Shown: piece by piece, positions 41,191 through 52,424 of the stretch
How positions within the stretch are numbered: position 1 is the stretch's first letter
Layout of the letters: every line of letters starts with the position of its first letter
Source: Nitrospirota bacterium
Lineage (GTDB): Bacteria; Nitrospirota; UBA9217
Reading direction: 5' to 3'
Length of the DNA stretch: 64,000 nucleotides
Assembly: GCA_035623825.1 (NCBI GenBank)
Contig: DASPSR010000005.1
Location: 18,313 to 82,312 of the forward strand
Notes under the pieces: generated by a model
Seen by the model: the letters and a program-made list of their open reading frames with translations, nothing else
The model's database searches: none
What the model was told of the DNA's origin: nothing
Position numbers and translations under genes: made by a program

Positions 41191-41423
41191 CCTGTCTGCA
41201 AGGGCTTCAAATTCAGGATTTTTCTTATGTGCGCCGTAGAACCCGTCGCATCAGGGTTATATAAGACGCTGGCTGCGTTGTAAACAATATGTACTTTATG
41301 TACTTTTCTACCAGACAGGTGAACAAACGTTCACTTACTGGATATGATAAATAAAATGGTTAAAGAGCCCGACCTGCAAAACGATGACCTTCGCAGGCAA
41401 GGCATTAGTAACTGACGAGCATG

Positions 41424-41819
41424 TCAACGTTCTGTTAGAGATACGACCTTCTGCTCAGCAGCTTTCTTTTCGCCCGCCATCTCGCTCTTGCCGTCAAATG
41501 TGACGCCCTCCTCAATGATGAGCTTGGGCGTCTTAATATTTCCCTGAACGATGCCAGGTGCGATGATATGCACTTTCTGGTTCGCGTTGACGTTGCCGAC
41601 GATCTTGCCGCTGCTAATGATCGTGCCGACGGTGATCTCTCCCTGGAGGAAGGCGCCATCACCTGCAATAAGGGTATCTTTGGAAACAACCTCTCCCTCC
41701 ACTTTGCCGTCGACGCGGATTGTACCCTCGAAGCTGAGTACGCCCTTGAACTCCGTGCCCTTTCCCAAGAATGCCGTGATCTCCGCTTGCTCTGGTGTGC
41801 CTGAACCTTTCTTTAGCAT
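41424..41819 (-). CDS. Bactofilin (polymer-forming cytoskeletal protein)
   Basis: FLGKGTEFKGVLSFEGTIRVDGKVEG beta-helix repeats, IEEGVTFDG; downstream of parB. Confidence 0.9.
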   Translation of the reverse strand: MLKKGSGTPEQAEITAFLGKGTEFKGVLSFEGTIRVDGKVEGEVVSKDTLIAGDGAFLQGEITVGTIISSGKIVGNVNANQKVHIIAPGIVQGNIKTPKLIIEEGVTFDGKSEMAGEKKAAEQKVVSLTER

Positions 41820-41990
41820 TTATATATCCTCCTCAAAAATAATTCAATACGGTCAACACCTCGAGACGCAGATTCGACGAGAAAAACGGCAACGAAGCGT
41901 TCTCGGGCATGGAACAAGTAAAAGAGTTCATTACGGCGTCTTTTCGCGGTCCCTGCATAAACTTTCTCAAAGTTCATTTGTGCTGTAATT

Positions 41991-42839
41991 TCAGCAGATT
42001 TTCTCCAGTATCCTTTCCAGCTCTTCAGTGGAATAATACGCCACCACAATCCTGCCGCCCTTTGATTTAGCGGTTATGATTACCTTGGTGCCGAGCGCCT
42101 TCCTGAGCTTTTCTTCGACAGATTTCAGCTCGTAGCTCAGCCTCGCCTTTTTCTCCTTTGGTGGTGGGTTTTTGAGTCGGGAAGAGAGCATTTCGGCTTC
42201 GCGCACTGAGAGCCCCTTCTTCACAATCATGACGGCAACATGCATTTGGTCCCGCACGCGTTCGAGTGACAAGAGCGCCTTTGCGTGACCCATGGTGAGC
42301 GCGCCCGTTGCCAGCTCCTGTTTTATCTCTTTGGGCAGCCCGAGTAGACGCAGGAAGTTCGTTACGGTAGAGCGTTCTTTACCGACCCGCTTTGCGAGAT
42401 CTTCCTGCGTGAGCTTGAACTCATCTTGGAGGCGCTTGTATGCTTCGGCTGCTTCAAGCGGGTTCAGGTCCTCGCGCTGTATGTTCTCTATCAGCGCCAT
42501 CTCAAGGAGCTCCCGCTTGGTCGCCTCCTTGACGAGGGCAGGAACGGTCTTGAGCCCCGCGAGTCTTGATGCGCGCCAGCGGCGCTCTCCGGCGATTAAC
42601 TGGTAACCAGCGCCAGCCCGGTGCACAATAACGGGCTGAATCACCCCCTGCTCTTTGATCGATGCCGCGAGTTCCCGGAGTTTTTCATCATTGAAAACTT
42701 TGCGGGGCTGATACTCGTTCGGAATGATCTTGTCCAGCTCGATCTCGATGATGCCAAGCGCTTTTTTCTCCTTGTCATCGAGTACGGACAAGTCAGGGAT
42801 GAGCGCGCCGAGCCCCTTACCGAGCGCCTGTTTTTGCAT
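41991..42839 (-). CDS. parB: Chromosome partitioning protein ParB
   Basis: [35 protein letters not shown]. Confidence 0.96.
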   Translation of the reverse strand: MQKQALGKGLGALIPDLSVLDDKEKKALGIIEIELDKIIPNEYQPRKVFNDEKLRELAASIKEQGVIQPVIVHRAGAGYQLIAGERRWRASRLAGLKTVPALVKEATKRELLEMALIENIQREDLNPLEAAEAYKRLQDEFKLTQEDLAKRVGKERSTVTNFLRLLGLPKEIKQELATGALTMGHAKALLSLERVRDQMHVAVMIVKKGLSVREAEMLSSRLKNPPPKEKKARLSYELKSVEEKLRKALGTKVIITAKSKGGRIVVAYYSTEELERILEKIC

Positions 42840-43593
42840 GGCCGATAACCTCCTTTGCGAGCTCAAGATAGCTCTGCGCACCCCGAGACCGGATGTCGTA
42901 CAGCAACACAGGCTTGCCGTGGCTCGGCGCTTCGCTCAGGGCCACGTTCCGGTGAATGACAGTCGTGTAAACCTTGTCGCCGAAATATTTTCGTACTTCC
43001 TGCGCCACCTGTTCGGCGAGATTGTTCCTGACGTCATACATGGTGAGAAGCACTCCTTCGATAACGAGGTCCGGATTCAGGTCCTGTTTTATGAGCTTGA
43101 CGGTGTTCATGAGCGCCGTCAGGCCCTCAAGTGCGTAGTACTCACACTGCACCGGGATGATCACCCCGTCGGCTGCGGTCAAGGCGTTCACTGTGAGAAG
43201 GCCGAGGGACGGTGGGCAGTCAATGAAGATGTAATCGTAGTTGTCCCGAACAGGTGCGAGTGCCCTCTTGAGCACCCTCTCCCGTGAGATCATCTGGATG
43301 AGTTCCACCTCAACCCCTACCAAGTCTATTTTCGCAGGAACGACCTCAAGCCAGGGGAAATGCGTCGATTTTTTGATCTCTTGGAGCGACCGTTTGCCGG
43401 TGAAAAGGTCGTAGGTACTGCTGGATAGCTCGTTCCTGTCGATCCCCATGCCGCTCGTGGAATTGCCCTGGGGATCCGAATCGATGAGGAGCACGCTTTT
43501 TTCAGCGGCGGCCATGGATGCTGCTATGTTCACAGTGGTCGTGGTCTTGCCCACGCCCCCCTTCTGATTGGCTATTGCTATGACCCTGCCCAT
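42817..43593 (-). CDS. parA: Chromosome partitioning ATPase ParA/Soj
   Basis: [37 protein letters not shown]. Confidence 0.96.
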   Translation of the reverse strand: MGRVIAIANQKGGVGKTTTTVNIAASMAAAEKSVLLIDSDPQGNSTSGMGIDRNELSSSTYDLFTGKRSLQEIKKSTHFPWLEVVPAKIDLVGVEVELIQMISRERVLKRALAPVRDNYDYIFIDCPPSLGLLTVNALTAADGVIIPVQCEYYALEGLTALMNTVKLIKQDLNPDLVIEGVLLTMYDVRNNLAEQVAQEVRKYFGDKVYTTVIHRNVALSEAPSHGKPVLLYDIRSRGAQSYLELAKEVIGHAKTGAR

Positions 43594-43757
43594 GCTTCTC
43601 TCCACCTCCGGTGCTGTTTAAAACTTTATCAGTTTACCATAGGATAATGATAAAAGGAAGAAAAAACTCGGCAATATTAATCCAAAGGGGACGCTCCGGC
43701 ATTACATTCTTTGCTTTTCTGCGTTGCCAGCGTTCTCTGCATTTACGCTCCGGTTCT

Positions 43758-43781
43758 GCTATGTTCCACGTGGAACATAGC
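43758..43781. other. parS site 1 within a perfect 24-bp palindrome
   Basis: GCTA-TGTTCCACGTGGAACA-TAGC; core 43762-43777 matches the parS consensus. Confidence 0.92.
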
Positions 43782-44849
43782 TCAGATTTGCCCAAGTTCT
43801 GTTCCAGAGGGGTTGACACGGATGGAGCCCAGCGATATTTGCCGGACCAGTGAGGTGTCACGAACAGGAGTGATCACCCTTATTGCCATTTCCTTCAGGT
43901 CGATTGCACGCAGGATGCCGATACCCAAGCAAATATTCCGGTCGTCATTAAGCCCCACAAGCAAATGGTCTATCTCAGATCGCTTGAGAATCTCGACCTC
44001 ACGAACTTTGTATTGTTCCTTGGCCGTGTAAAGTTCCTCGCCTGCGTACTCGCCCTCGATCATAAGGAACAGTCGGTCGGCGGAGAGATCGGCATAAATC
44101 ACGATGCCATTGAAGATCTTCGAGAGCCGGTTGATATCGCGGAATCCAAGCCGCTCGCCGGTACACAGGCCCGGACCGTGGACGCCAACATCGTTCAGGG
44201 CGATTTCATGAAAGTCAGCTCCCCGAAAGTATTCCTTGAATCTTAGTTCTCGCATTGCTTGTCGCGACTCACGGGTCGAAACCCTTGCATCTGGCGAAAC
44301 AGGAAGCCGATGGATGAGCAGGCCTGCCCTATGCGAGTGCGGTGAGAGAAGGTGGTCCACTTCGTTTCCCTTTTGTAGAGCGATTACGTACCGGGGCGCG
44401 ATCATATCTATCTCATGGAACTTGAGTTCCCGTGCAGCGCCGCCATTCACCAGACCGCAGGTGTTGATCAGGATAAGGTCTGGTTTGAGGGACTGGGCCA
44501 GCGAGTACAGCTTCTGGAGACCCGATATCATTTCAAGCAAGCGGCCTACCGGCGAGGTATTGCCGATGAAGCCCATCGCTAGCGGGTTCTTTCTCTTGAG
44601 CAGGTCTGAAGCGTGGGCGTACGGGGTGAGCGATATCACGGTAGGTGGCCCGATAAAAGGCTGGCCAGGGTCGGCATCTATCCATGCCATTCTTCTGCCT
44701 GCTCTACAGAGAAGTCCGGCAAGGTAGAGGCAGAACGTAGTCTTACCAGAGCCCGGCGCGCCGACAACCAGCACCGGCCCGCCTTGAAAGCCGATTTCCT
44801 CGGCAACCTCCCGCCATTCAGGCGGTATTTTAAGTGCTCCTTCTATCAC
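43782..44849 (-). CDS. Clp1/Nol9-family polynucleotide 5'-hydroxyl kinase
   Basis: VVGAPGSGKTT P-loop, IDADPGQPFIGPP, INTCGLV, RQAMRELRFKEYF lid. Confidence 0.82.
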   Translation of the reverse strand: MIEGALKIPPEWREVAEEIGFQGGPVLVVGAPGSGKTTFCLYLAGLLCRAGRRMAWIDADPGQPFIGPPTVISLTPYAHASDLLKRKNPLAMGFIGNTSPVGRLLEMISGLQKLYSLAQSLKPDLILINTCGLVNGGAARELKFHEIDMIAPRYVIALQKGNEVDHLLSPHSHRAGLLIHRLPVSPDARVSTRESRQAMRELRFKEYFRGADFHEIALNDVGVHGPGLCTGERLGFRDINRLSKIFNGIVIYADLSADRLFLMIEGEYAGEELYTAKEQYKVREVEILKRSEIDHLLVGLNDDRNICLGIGILRAIDLKEMAIRVITPVRDTSLVRQISLGSIRVNPSGTELGQI

Positions 44850-44916
44850 GGTGATTCTCGATTTTTCGTTTTAAACTTCCACGAACCCTAGTCCCACAGG
44901 CCACTACGTGGGCGAA

Positions 44917-44932
44917 TGTTCCACGTGGAACA
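44917..44932. other. parS site 2
   Basis: TGTTCCACGTGGAACA perfect 16-bp palindrome 1 nt past the rsmG stop. Confidence 0.92.
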
Positions 44933-44933
44933 C

Positions 44934-45575
44934 TTACCCTGTCTTTTTGAAAATCCAAAGCACCCTCTTATAATCCGAATGTGGCAGGGTAAGTGGAATT
45001 CTCATCTCCAGGATGACACCGGCCCTGTCCCTCTGCTGTTCTTCGAGCGATTCTTCCGGCCCACGGCTCAGCACAATGAGGCCGCCGCGTTTGAGGAAAG
45101 GCGTTCCAGCATCAAGCGCTGTGTTCATATCAGCGAATGCGCGCGCCGTGACCACATCGAAGGTCATGAACAGATCTGTGATATCCTCGGTTCTCTTGTC
45201 GACAACGTTAACGCCCGAAAGTTTCAGCATCCTGATGATATGTCGAAGAAAGGATGCTTTCTTTTTTGTTGACTCGACCATGGTGACCGTAATTTCGGGA
45301 CGAGTCAGCTTAAGCGGAATGGCCGGGAAACCCGCGCCCGACCCTATATCCAACAGCTTCAGTCCGACAGTGGAGGCAAAGCCCATTCCATACGAAAGGG
45401 AGTCCAAAATGTGTTTGATCACCATTTCCCGGTCATCTGTTATAGCCGTGAGGTTTATCTTTCGATTCCACTTCTTCAGTTCCGCTATATACATGAGAAT
45501 AGAATTACTTTGTTCAACGGTCAGAGCGACTCCCAGAGCGTGTGCGCCTGTAGTCAATAATTCTCGCAGAGTCAC
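44934..45575 (-). CDS. rsmG: 16S rRNA m7G527 methyltransferase
   Basis: WNRKINLTAI, KHILDSL, DIGSGAGFP, VTARAF; GTG 45575 with SD GAGGA. Confidence 0.93.
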   Translation of the reverse strand: MTLRELLTTGAHALGVALTVEQSNSILMYIAELKKWNRKINLTAITDDREMVIKHILDSLSYGMGFASTVGLKLLDIGSGAGFPAIPLKLTRPEITVTMVESTKKKASFLRHIIRMLKLSGVNVVDKRTEDITDLFMTFDVVTARAFADMNTALDAGTPFLKRGGLIVLSRGPEESLEEQQRDRAGVILEMRIPLTLPHSDYKRVLWIFKKTG

Positions 45576-45692
45576 AATGATGTCCTCACTGCATATCAAT
45601 CCTGGCGTCCCCCATCGTCCGACCTCTCCGTCATATATTTATTTAAGAGATATTATTCACTTAGGGATACCGGGTCTTCACTAAAACATCCA

Positions 45693-47576
45693 CTATTCCT
45701 GCGCTTTTCCCCTCTTCCTCCTATCGAGCGCAACCATAAGGAGCGAGATGGCCGCTGGTGTCATGCCCGATATCCTCGACGCCTGGCCGAGCGAAACCGG
45801 TCTTACCTGCTTGAGCTTCTGACGAACCTCTGAGCCGAGGCCTGTAACGGCATCAAAATCCATGTCAGCAGGGATATTTTTCTGTTCCAGCAATGAAAAC
45901 CGCTCTACCTGCTGAAGCTGACGCTGTATATAACCCTCATACTTCACCTGTATCTCTACCTGCTCGGCAGCTGCCGGATCGAGTGGCTGAGGAGGCGGAT
46001 TGATCTTTGCGATATGCTCATACCGCAACTCCGGCCGCTTGAGGAGTTGCTCTAGCGATGCCTCACCCGTAAGAGCAGCCGATCTCGCAGCCGTAAGCAT
46101 ATCATTTATCGCCGGCGTCGGTTTTATCCACGTCCTCCGGAGTCTGATCGTCTCCTGTTCAGTGGCATTCTTCTTAACGGCAACACCCCTGTACTCTTCA
46201 TCGGTAACGAGACCGATTTCATGTCCCTTATTTTTAAGTCGCAAGTCTGCATTATCCTCGCGCAGGATGAGCCGGTACTCGGCACGCGATGTGAACATGC
46301 GGTAAGGCTCCAACGTGCCTCTCGTCACGAGATCGTCGATCAGTACACCGATATATGCTTCCGCACGATTGAGAATGAGTCGTGGCCTTTTCTGAATCTT
46401 GAGCGCAGCATTCATTCCCGCCATCAAACCCTGAGCCGCGGCCTCTTCATAGCCTGACGTACCGTTGATCTGTCCCGCGAAGTAGAGCCCACCGACCTTC
46501 TTGGTCTCGAGCGTATGCGTGATCTGGGTTGGTGGTGCGAAATCGTACTCGATGGCATAGGCAGGCCTCATGATCTCGACGTCCTCAAGTCCCGGGATGG
46601 TTCGATACATCTGCAGCTGAACGTCGTAAGGAAGGCTCGTGGACATGCCGTTGACATAGTACTCCTCCGTATCGAGACCTTCCGGTTCGAGGAATATCTG
46701 GTGCCGCTCACGCTCTGCGAATCTCATAACTTTATCCTCGATAGACGGACAATATCGCGGTCCAAGGCCTTTTATCACGCCAGCATAAAGTGGGGAACGG
46801 TCAAGATTATTTCGAATTATTTGATGTGTGAGTGGGTTGGTATATGTCAAAAAGCATGGGATTTGATCGAGAGGGTGTTCTTTTTCCGTAAAAGAAAAGA
46901 AAGGCGCCGGATAGTCTCCGTGCTGAGCCATGGTTCTGGAAAAATTAATCGTTCTTCCGTTTACCCTTGCAGGCGTTCCGGTTTTAAGACGGCCGAGCTC
47001 GATGCCGAGGTCCCTCAGGCAATCAGAAAGTCCAACCGCAGAGTACTCCCCTGCCCTGCCCGAAGGATAATGTGTGAGGCCGATGTGAATCAGGCCTTTC
47101 AAAAACGTCCCTGTGGTCACGACCACAGATGATGCTTGATATTGAACGCCGATGTTCGTCTCGACGCCAATGATCCTGCTGTCCTCAACAAGAATTTTTT
47201 CCACGAGACCCTGCTTTACATCCAGTCCTTTTTGCTTCTCAACGGATTCTTTCATTGCGAGTCGATATCTCTGCTTGTCTGCCTGGGCGCGCGTGCCACG
47301 CACCGCAGGCCCCTTGCTCCGGTTGAGAATCCTGAACTGAATACCGGTGCGATCGATGATTTTCGCCATCTCGCCTCCAAGGGCGTCGATTTCCTTCACG
47401 AGGTGTCCTTTGGCGAGCCCGCCAATTGCGGGATTGCACGACATGAGCGCGATACTGTCGAGGTTCATGGTGAGCATGAGCGTAGAGCAACCCATGCGGG
47501 CCGCGGCCAGAGCCGCTTCACAGCCGGCATGTCCAGCACCGATGACGATGATGTCGTATTTTTTTTGAATAGTCAC
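45693..47576 (-). CDS. mnmG: tRNA uridine-5-carboxymethylaminomethyl synthesis enzyme MnmG
   Basis: [46 protein letters not shown]. Confidence 0.98.
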   Translation of the reverse strand: MTIQKKYDIIVIGAGHAGCEAALAAARMGCSTLMLTMNLDSIALMSCNPAIGGLAKGHLVKEIDALGGEMAKIIDRTGIQFRILNRSKGPAVRGTRAQADKQRYRLAMKESVEKQKGLDVKQGLVEKILVEDSRIIGVETNIGVQYQASSVVVTTGTFLKGLIHIGLTHYPSGRAGEYSAVGLSDCLRDLGIELGRLKTGTPARVNGRTINFSRTMAQHGDYPAPFFSFTEKEHPLDQIPCFLTYTNPLTHQIIRNNLDRSPLYAGVIKGLGPRYCPSIEDKVMRFAERERHQIFLEPEGLDTEEYYVNGMSTSLPYDVQLQMYRTIPGLEDVEIMRPAYAIEYDFAPPTQITHTLETKKVGGLYFAGQINGTSGYEEAAAQGLMAGMNAALKIQKRPRLILNRAEAYIGVLIDDLVTRGTLEPYRMFTSRAEYRLILREDNADLRLKNKGHEIGLVTDEEYRGVAVKKNATEQETIRLRRTWIKPTPAINDMLTAARSAALTGEASLEQLLKRPELRYEHIAKINPPPQPLDPAAAEQVEIQVKYEGYIQRQLQQVERFSLLEQKNIPADMDFDAVTGLGSEVRQKLKQVRPVSLGQASRISGMTPAAISLLMVALDRRKRGKAQE

Positions 47577-47627
47577 AGGTCTGCCTTTGAGTCTCTGCGA
47601 GAATAAGCCCTATCCTAATTTGAAAGG

Positions 47628-49001
47628 CTACTTCCCTATGCAGAAATCGTTAAATATCCTCTCTAGGATGTCCTCCGTGTACGTCGCACCGATTATAAGC
47701 CCGAGGCTGTCAATGGCGCCACGGAGATCAACAGCGACGAACTCCGGAGAGAGATTGGATATAATCGAATCGAGCGATTTTTGAAGGCTTTCTTTAGTCT
47801 GCGCGAGCGCGGTCTTGTGCCGCTGGTTCACGGCCCAGGCGTGCTCCCGCGAACCGATTGTCCCCTGTTTCACCATATCGGATATAGCACTTTTAAGACC
47901 CTTGAGGCCGTCGCCCGTGCGGCATGACAGAGACACCTGTATGTACTGACCGGCAAGTCCGTCAAGTTTTCGGGGCAGATCGGACTTATTGACTATTACG
48001 ATCGTATTTTTCCCTTTTACTGATTCCAGCACCCGCTGGTCTTCGTCCGTGAGCCTCTCCGAGCCGTCGAGAACAACGAGTACGATATCCGCAGACTCGA
48101 TGGCGGCAAGGCTCCGACGCACGCCCTCCTGCTCAACCGTGTCGTGGGTGAACCTGATGCCCGCGGTGTCCAGAATTTTTATCGGAACACCGGAGATGCT
48201 CAGATACTCCTCGAGCACATCCCGCGTCGTCCCGGGAATCTCAGTCACGATCGCGCGATTCTGTTTCAGCAGTGCATTCAACAGCGATGACTTGCCAACG
48301 TTCGGTCTGCCGACAATGGCGGTTGCGAAGCCGTCACGAAGTATTTTCCCGTAATTGTAGCTCAAGAGCAGTTCCTCAATCGTGGTTATTATGTCAGATA
48401 TCCCATCTGCGAGCCGCGTGCTGTCCTCGGTATCAATGTCCTCCTCCTCGGGGAAATCGATTCCGGCTTCTACTGACGCGATGACGGAAACAAGGCGATC
48501 ACGGAGTCTTGAAATTTCTTCAGACAAACCTCCCAGCAGCTGCTCATTCGCCGCGCGATGACACAGGTCCGTTTTGGCCCTTATGATGTCCATGACGGCC
48601 TCTGCTTGGGCAAGATCGATCCTGCCGTTCAGAAACGCCCGTTTCGTGAATTCCCCGGGATCGGCCTGCCGTGCCCCTGCATTGATGAGCAGGTCCATGA
48701 CGCGCCAGAGGGGCAACATGCCACCGTGACAGTTTATCTCGACGATATCCTCTCGCGTATACGTCGCCGGCCCGTGCATCACGCCCAAGAGCACTTCGTC
48801 TACCGGTTCTCCCGTAGCCGGGTCGATGACATGTCCATAGTGGAGCGTATGGGTTGCAGCCCGTAATATATCCTTGTCAATGCGTGGCTTGAAAATTTTC
48901 TTGGCGATGCCGAGCGCATTTTTCCCGCTTATGCGGATGATGCCGATCCCGCCTTCTCCCGGTGGTGTCGAAACAGCGCAGATGGTGTCGTCTTCCAGCA
49001 T
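47628..49001 (-). CDS. mnmE: tRNA modification GTPase MnmE
   Basis: GEFTKRAFLNG, GRPNVGKSS, GTTRD, DTAGIR, NKSD, FCIGK end. Confidence 0.98.
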   Translation of the reverse strand: MLEDDTICAVSTPPGEGGIGIIRISGKNALGIAKKIFKPRIDKDILRAATHTLHYGHVIDPATGEPVDEVLLGVMHGPATYTREDIVEINCHGGMLPLWRVMDLLINAGARQADPGEFTKRAFLNGRIDLAQAEAVMDIIRAKTDLCHRAANEQLLGGLSEEISRLRDRLVSVIASVEAGIDFPEEEDIDTEDSTRLADGISDIITTIEELLLSYNYGKILRDGFATAIVGRPNVGKSSLLNALLKQNRAIVTEIPGTTRDVLEEYLSISGVPIKILDTAGIRFTHDTVEQEGVRRSLAAIESADIVLVVLDGSERLTDEDQRVLESVKGKNTIVIVNKSDLPRKLDGLAGQYIQVSLSCRTGDGLKGLKSAISDMVKQGTIGSREHAWAVNQRHKTALAQTKESLQKSLDSIISNLSPEFVAVDLRGAIDSLGLIIGATYTEDILERIFNDFCIGK

Positions 49002-49221
49002 GGGCGTATATTACCACAAAGCACTAGGTCTAAAAACATCTTTTTAGAATGAACAATGCTCACTCAATAACGGTCAAATAATCGTCAGGGCAGCCTGAAT
49101 TCGTAATCCTTAGCCAAAACCTCTATCCCTATGCGGCGCATCGTAATTCAATTGCTTCACGGGTTCCTTCCGCATATTGTGAGAAATTTATGATAAAATA
49201 TTTTTATTATCGTACCCGACC

Positions 49222-49482
49222 ATGGTCAGCAGAGAATTAAAAAAATTGGCAGAAAAGTATTCTCCTAAGGAGCTCGCGTCATGCATCCGGCAGCAGCTCG
49301 AAAAGGGCGAGAACCTGTGTGAGATCGTGGATCAGACCGACGAGGTCATCACGGCATTGAGCAAGGCCGAGGTGGTACGTGAACTCATGGATAAGGGCAT
49401 GAAGTTTTCCGAAGCATTACGGGAACTCGGCCGGAGGATCCGGGCTGTGTATGGGAAGGAGGAAGAGAGCGCGAAAAAGTAA
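49222..49482 (+). CDS. Small hypothetical protein
   Basis: 86 aa ORF with genome-like codon usage, preceded by TGA-TAAAAT extended -10; two Cys. Confidence 0.6.
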   Translation: MVSRELKKLAEKYSPKELASCIRQQLEKGENLCEIVDQTDEVITALSKAEVVRELMDKGMKFSEALRELGRRIRAVYGKEEESAKK

Positions 49483-49594
49483 AGGCCTTTTTTGATAAAA
49501 GCGTAGCTTCAAGGGGTACGAAGGAGAAACGTGCCCGGAATGCACCGACCGTCGTTCCGCACAACATGCAGCGTGGTTAAAAGGATAAGAAACC

Positions 49595-51190
49595 ATGAAT
49601 AGCAAAACACTTTGGGAGCGATACAAACAATATTTCTTCATAAATCCCTCCATTGGACTGACGCTCGACATCAGCCGAATGAACTTCAGCACGGATTATT
49701 TCACGCACATGGAACCTCAGATGCGGAATGCCTACAAGGCCATGGATGCGCTCGAGGCCGGAGCAATTGCCAATCCTGATGAAAACCGCATGGTCGGACA
49801 TTATTGGCTCCGCAGCCCCGACCGAGCGCCGACGCCTGAAATCCGGCAAGATATCATGGAGACCAGCAGGGCGATCAAAGACTTTGCTTTCTCCGTCCAT
49901 GCTGGAAAGATCTATCCACGCAAGCGGGCACGCTTCACGCATTTTGTAAGCGTCGGCATCGGCGGCTCGGCCCTCGGTCCGCAGTTCATTGCTGATGCCC
50001 TCGGCACGAAATCGGACAGAATGAAGCCCTGTTTCATTGACAATACGGATCCCGATGGCATAGACCGGGTGATTGACGAGATCGGGAATAATCTCGAGAA
50101 TACGCTTTGCATTGTAATATCAAAGAGTGGCGGTACCATTGAGACGAGAAACGGAATGCTAGAAGTGGCTGCTGCCTACCGGAAAGCAGGCCTATCCTTT
50201 GAAAGGCACTCTGTAGCAATAACAGGAGTGGGAAGTAATCTCGATAATACAGCCAAAAGTGGGGGATGGTTAGCCAGATTCCCTATGTGGGATTGGATAG
50301 GTGGGAGAACATCAGTATTATCTGCTGTTGGTCTTCTGCCAGCCGCGCTACAGGGTGTGGATATCGATGGATTGTTGAGGGGTGCAGCCCTTTGTGACAA
50401 TATTACCCGTGGCACAGAGACCCTCTCGAATCCCTCGGCGCTCCTTGCTCTCGCTTGGTACCATGCAACCAAGGGCCAGGGTGCCAAGGATATGGTAATC
50501 CTTCCTTATAAAGACCGGCTGATGCTATTTCCCAAATATCTTCAACAACTCGTTATGGAGTCTCTTGGTAAAGGAAAGGACCTCAATGGTAATGTGGTAA
50601 ACCAGGGGATTGCAGTTTATGGCAACAAGGGCACTACAGACCAGCACGCATATGTTCAGCAGCTGAGGGAAGGCTTGAATAATTTCTTTGTGACATTCAT
50701 CGGCGTGCTTCATGATCACGATATGCCGTCCATCCAAGTCGAGCCCGGCGTAACAAGCGGAGATTACCTGAGCGCCTATCTGCAGGGAACGAAAAACGCC
50801 CTGTACGAAAACGACAGGGAATCGATCACGATAACGATCGAAAAGCTCGATGCCCAATCCGTGGGCGCGCTCATCGCACTCTACGAACGGGCGGTGGGAT
50901 TCTACGCTTCGCTCGTGAACGTGAATGCTTACCATCAGCCCGGCGTCGAGGCGGGAAAGAAGATGGCCAGCGCTGTTATTGAGCTCCAGGGCAAAGCACT
51001 TGCACTGCTCCGCACGAATCCCGGCCGGCCCTTCACGGCAGAAGAGGTCGCACAGGCCATCGGCGCAGAGGAAAACGTGGAGTTGGTCTATAAGATACTC
51101 GAGCATGCGAGCGCGAATAGGGACCATAAGGTGAATAAGACACAAAGTAAGGAAGTGTTCTCGGCGAGGTATGCTTCTGTTCAGGATTGA
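49595..51190 (+). CDS. pgi: Glucose-6-phosphate isomerase
   Basis: [39 protein letters not shown]. Confidence 0.96.
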   Translation: MNSKTLWERYKQYFFINPSIGLTLDISRMNFSTDYFTHMEPQMRNAYKAMDALEAGAIANPDENRMVGHYWLRSPDRAPTPEIRQDIMETSRAIKDFAFSVHAGKIYPRKRARFTHFVSVGIGGSALGPQFIADALGTKSDRMKPCFIDNTDPDGIDRVIDEIGNNLENTLCIVISKSGGTIETRNGMLEVAAAYRKAGLSFERHSVAITGVGSNLDNTAKSGGWLARFPMWDWIGGRTSVLSAVGLLPAALQGVDIDGLLRGAALCDNITRGTETLSNPSALLALAWYHATKGQGAKDMVILPYKDRLMLFPKYLQQLVMESLGKGKDLNGNVVNQGIAVYGNKGTTDQHAYVQQLREGLNNFFVTFIGVLHDHDMPSIQVEPGVTSGDYLSAYLQGTKNALYENDRESITITIEKLDAQSVGALIALYERAVGFYASLVNVNAYHQPGVEAGKKMASAVIELQGKALALLRTNPGRPFTAEEVAQAIGAEENVELVYKILEHASANRDHKVNKTQSKEVFSARYASVQD

Positions 51191-51248
51191 TCAAAATGAT
51201 AGGACTGGTGAAAGCGATCAACGATTTCGAAAATAAGATCTTAGCTTA

Positions 51249-52412
51249 TTACATCTTACATCGCCACCCACGAACGCAACACAATAAATCCAATGTTTCA
51301 AAAACCTTTTGTATCTCTTCCTCAATATTGTAAAAATGAGGGGACAAGCGGAGACCACCTCCGCGGACGTTCACCATAATGTTTTTTTCTCGCAAAGCCT
51401 CACTCATTTTCGCCGGGTCGAATTTTCCGGAAAATGTGATATTTCCTCCCCGTTCTTCACGTCTCTTCGGCGTCAGAACCGTATAACCCCTCTTTTCAGA
51501 CTCTTGAATAATTAAATCTCCGAGGCCAAGCACACGCTCTTCAATATTGTCGATACCGACCTCGAACAGAATCTCAATTGCTGCACCGAGCCCAAGAATA
51601 CCCAAATGATTCATGGAACCTTCCTCGAATCTCAAGGCATCTGGCTTTAAATTGAAGGCCGGATTATCAAAATCGAACTCATTCTGCATGCTCTTCCACC
51701 CTACAAGCGGAGGATTGATTCGTTCAACAAGGTCCTTTCTGCAGAAAAATATTCCGATACCTGCAGGGCCGAGGAGCCACTTGTGCGCGTCAGCGGCCAG
51801 AAAATCGATACAGTTTTCCTTCACGTCCATCGGAATTACGCCGAGGCTCTGGATCGCGTCAATGCAGAGAAGGATTCCTCTGTCCCGGCAGAGCCTGCCC
51901 AATCTTTTTAAATCTAGCCGGTACCCATTCGCGTACTGAACAGAGCTTATCGCTAAAAGCTGTGTCCTCGAATCAATGAGCTGTTCGATGCCCTCGAACG
52001 GAATCTTGCCTTCCCGAAAGGGGATGGTGCGTACCTCTATGCCTTTTCTCCTGAGATTGATCCAGGGATATATATTGGAAGGGAAATCCTTCTCGTAGAT
52101 CAGGAGATTGTCGCCTTGCTTCCAGGTGAGTCCCTCGGCAATAAGGGAAAGGCCGTGGGATGTGCTTTTAACGAAAGCGATCTCTCCGGGTTCGGCATTG
52201 ATAAGTCGTGCGCAGGCCCTCCTTATGTCCGTAACCTGCCGTGCCCATCGAGGGTAATAGAATGCTCCGCCCTCAACGGACTCTTTGATAAACGTCTCTA
52301 CGGCCGCTTTGACCCTGAGTGAGAGAGGCGCCAGACCTGCGTGATCGAGATAGATATATTTTCCCGAGACTGGAAATTCACGCCTGTAACGCTCGATTGA
52401 ACGATTATCCAT
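51249..52412 (-). CDS. Class V PLP-dependent aminotransferase / cysteine desulfurase-like enzyme
   Basis: YLDHAG, DAIQSLG, DAHKWLLGP (PLP Lys), RLSPHFYN; no catalytic Cys loop visible. Confidence 0.85.
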   Translation of the reverse strand: MDNRSIERYRREFPVSGKYIYLDHAGLAPLSLRVKAAVETFIKESVEGGAFYYPRWARQVTDIRRACARLINAEPGEIAFVKSTSHGLSLIAEGLTWKQGDNLLIYEKDFPSNIYPWINLRRKGIEVRTIPFREGKIPFEGIEQLIDSRTQLLAISSVQYANGYRLDLKRLGRLCRDRGILLCIDAIQSLGVIPMDVKENCIDFLAADAHKWLLGPAGIGIFFCRKDLVERINPPLVGWKSMQNEFDFDNPAFNLKPDALRFEEGSMNHLGILGLGAAIEILFEVGIDNIEERVLGLGDLIIQESEKRGYTVLTPKRREERGGNITFSGKFDPAKMSEALREKNIMVNVRGGGLRLSPHFYNIEEEIQKVFETLDLLCCVRGWRCKM

Positions 52413-52424
52413 GTATAGGTTCTT

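Noticed and set aside
50090-50700. Apparently more AT-rich patch inside pgi (possible recombination tract)
   Set aside because: Visual impression only; needs a sliding-window GC3 calculation
51249-52412. Class V aminotransferase as the missing cysteate aminotransferase
   Set aside because: About 34 kb from the com genes, apparently co-transcribed with prpE, and more like desulfurase-type enzymes; no supporting evidence
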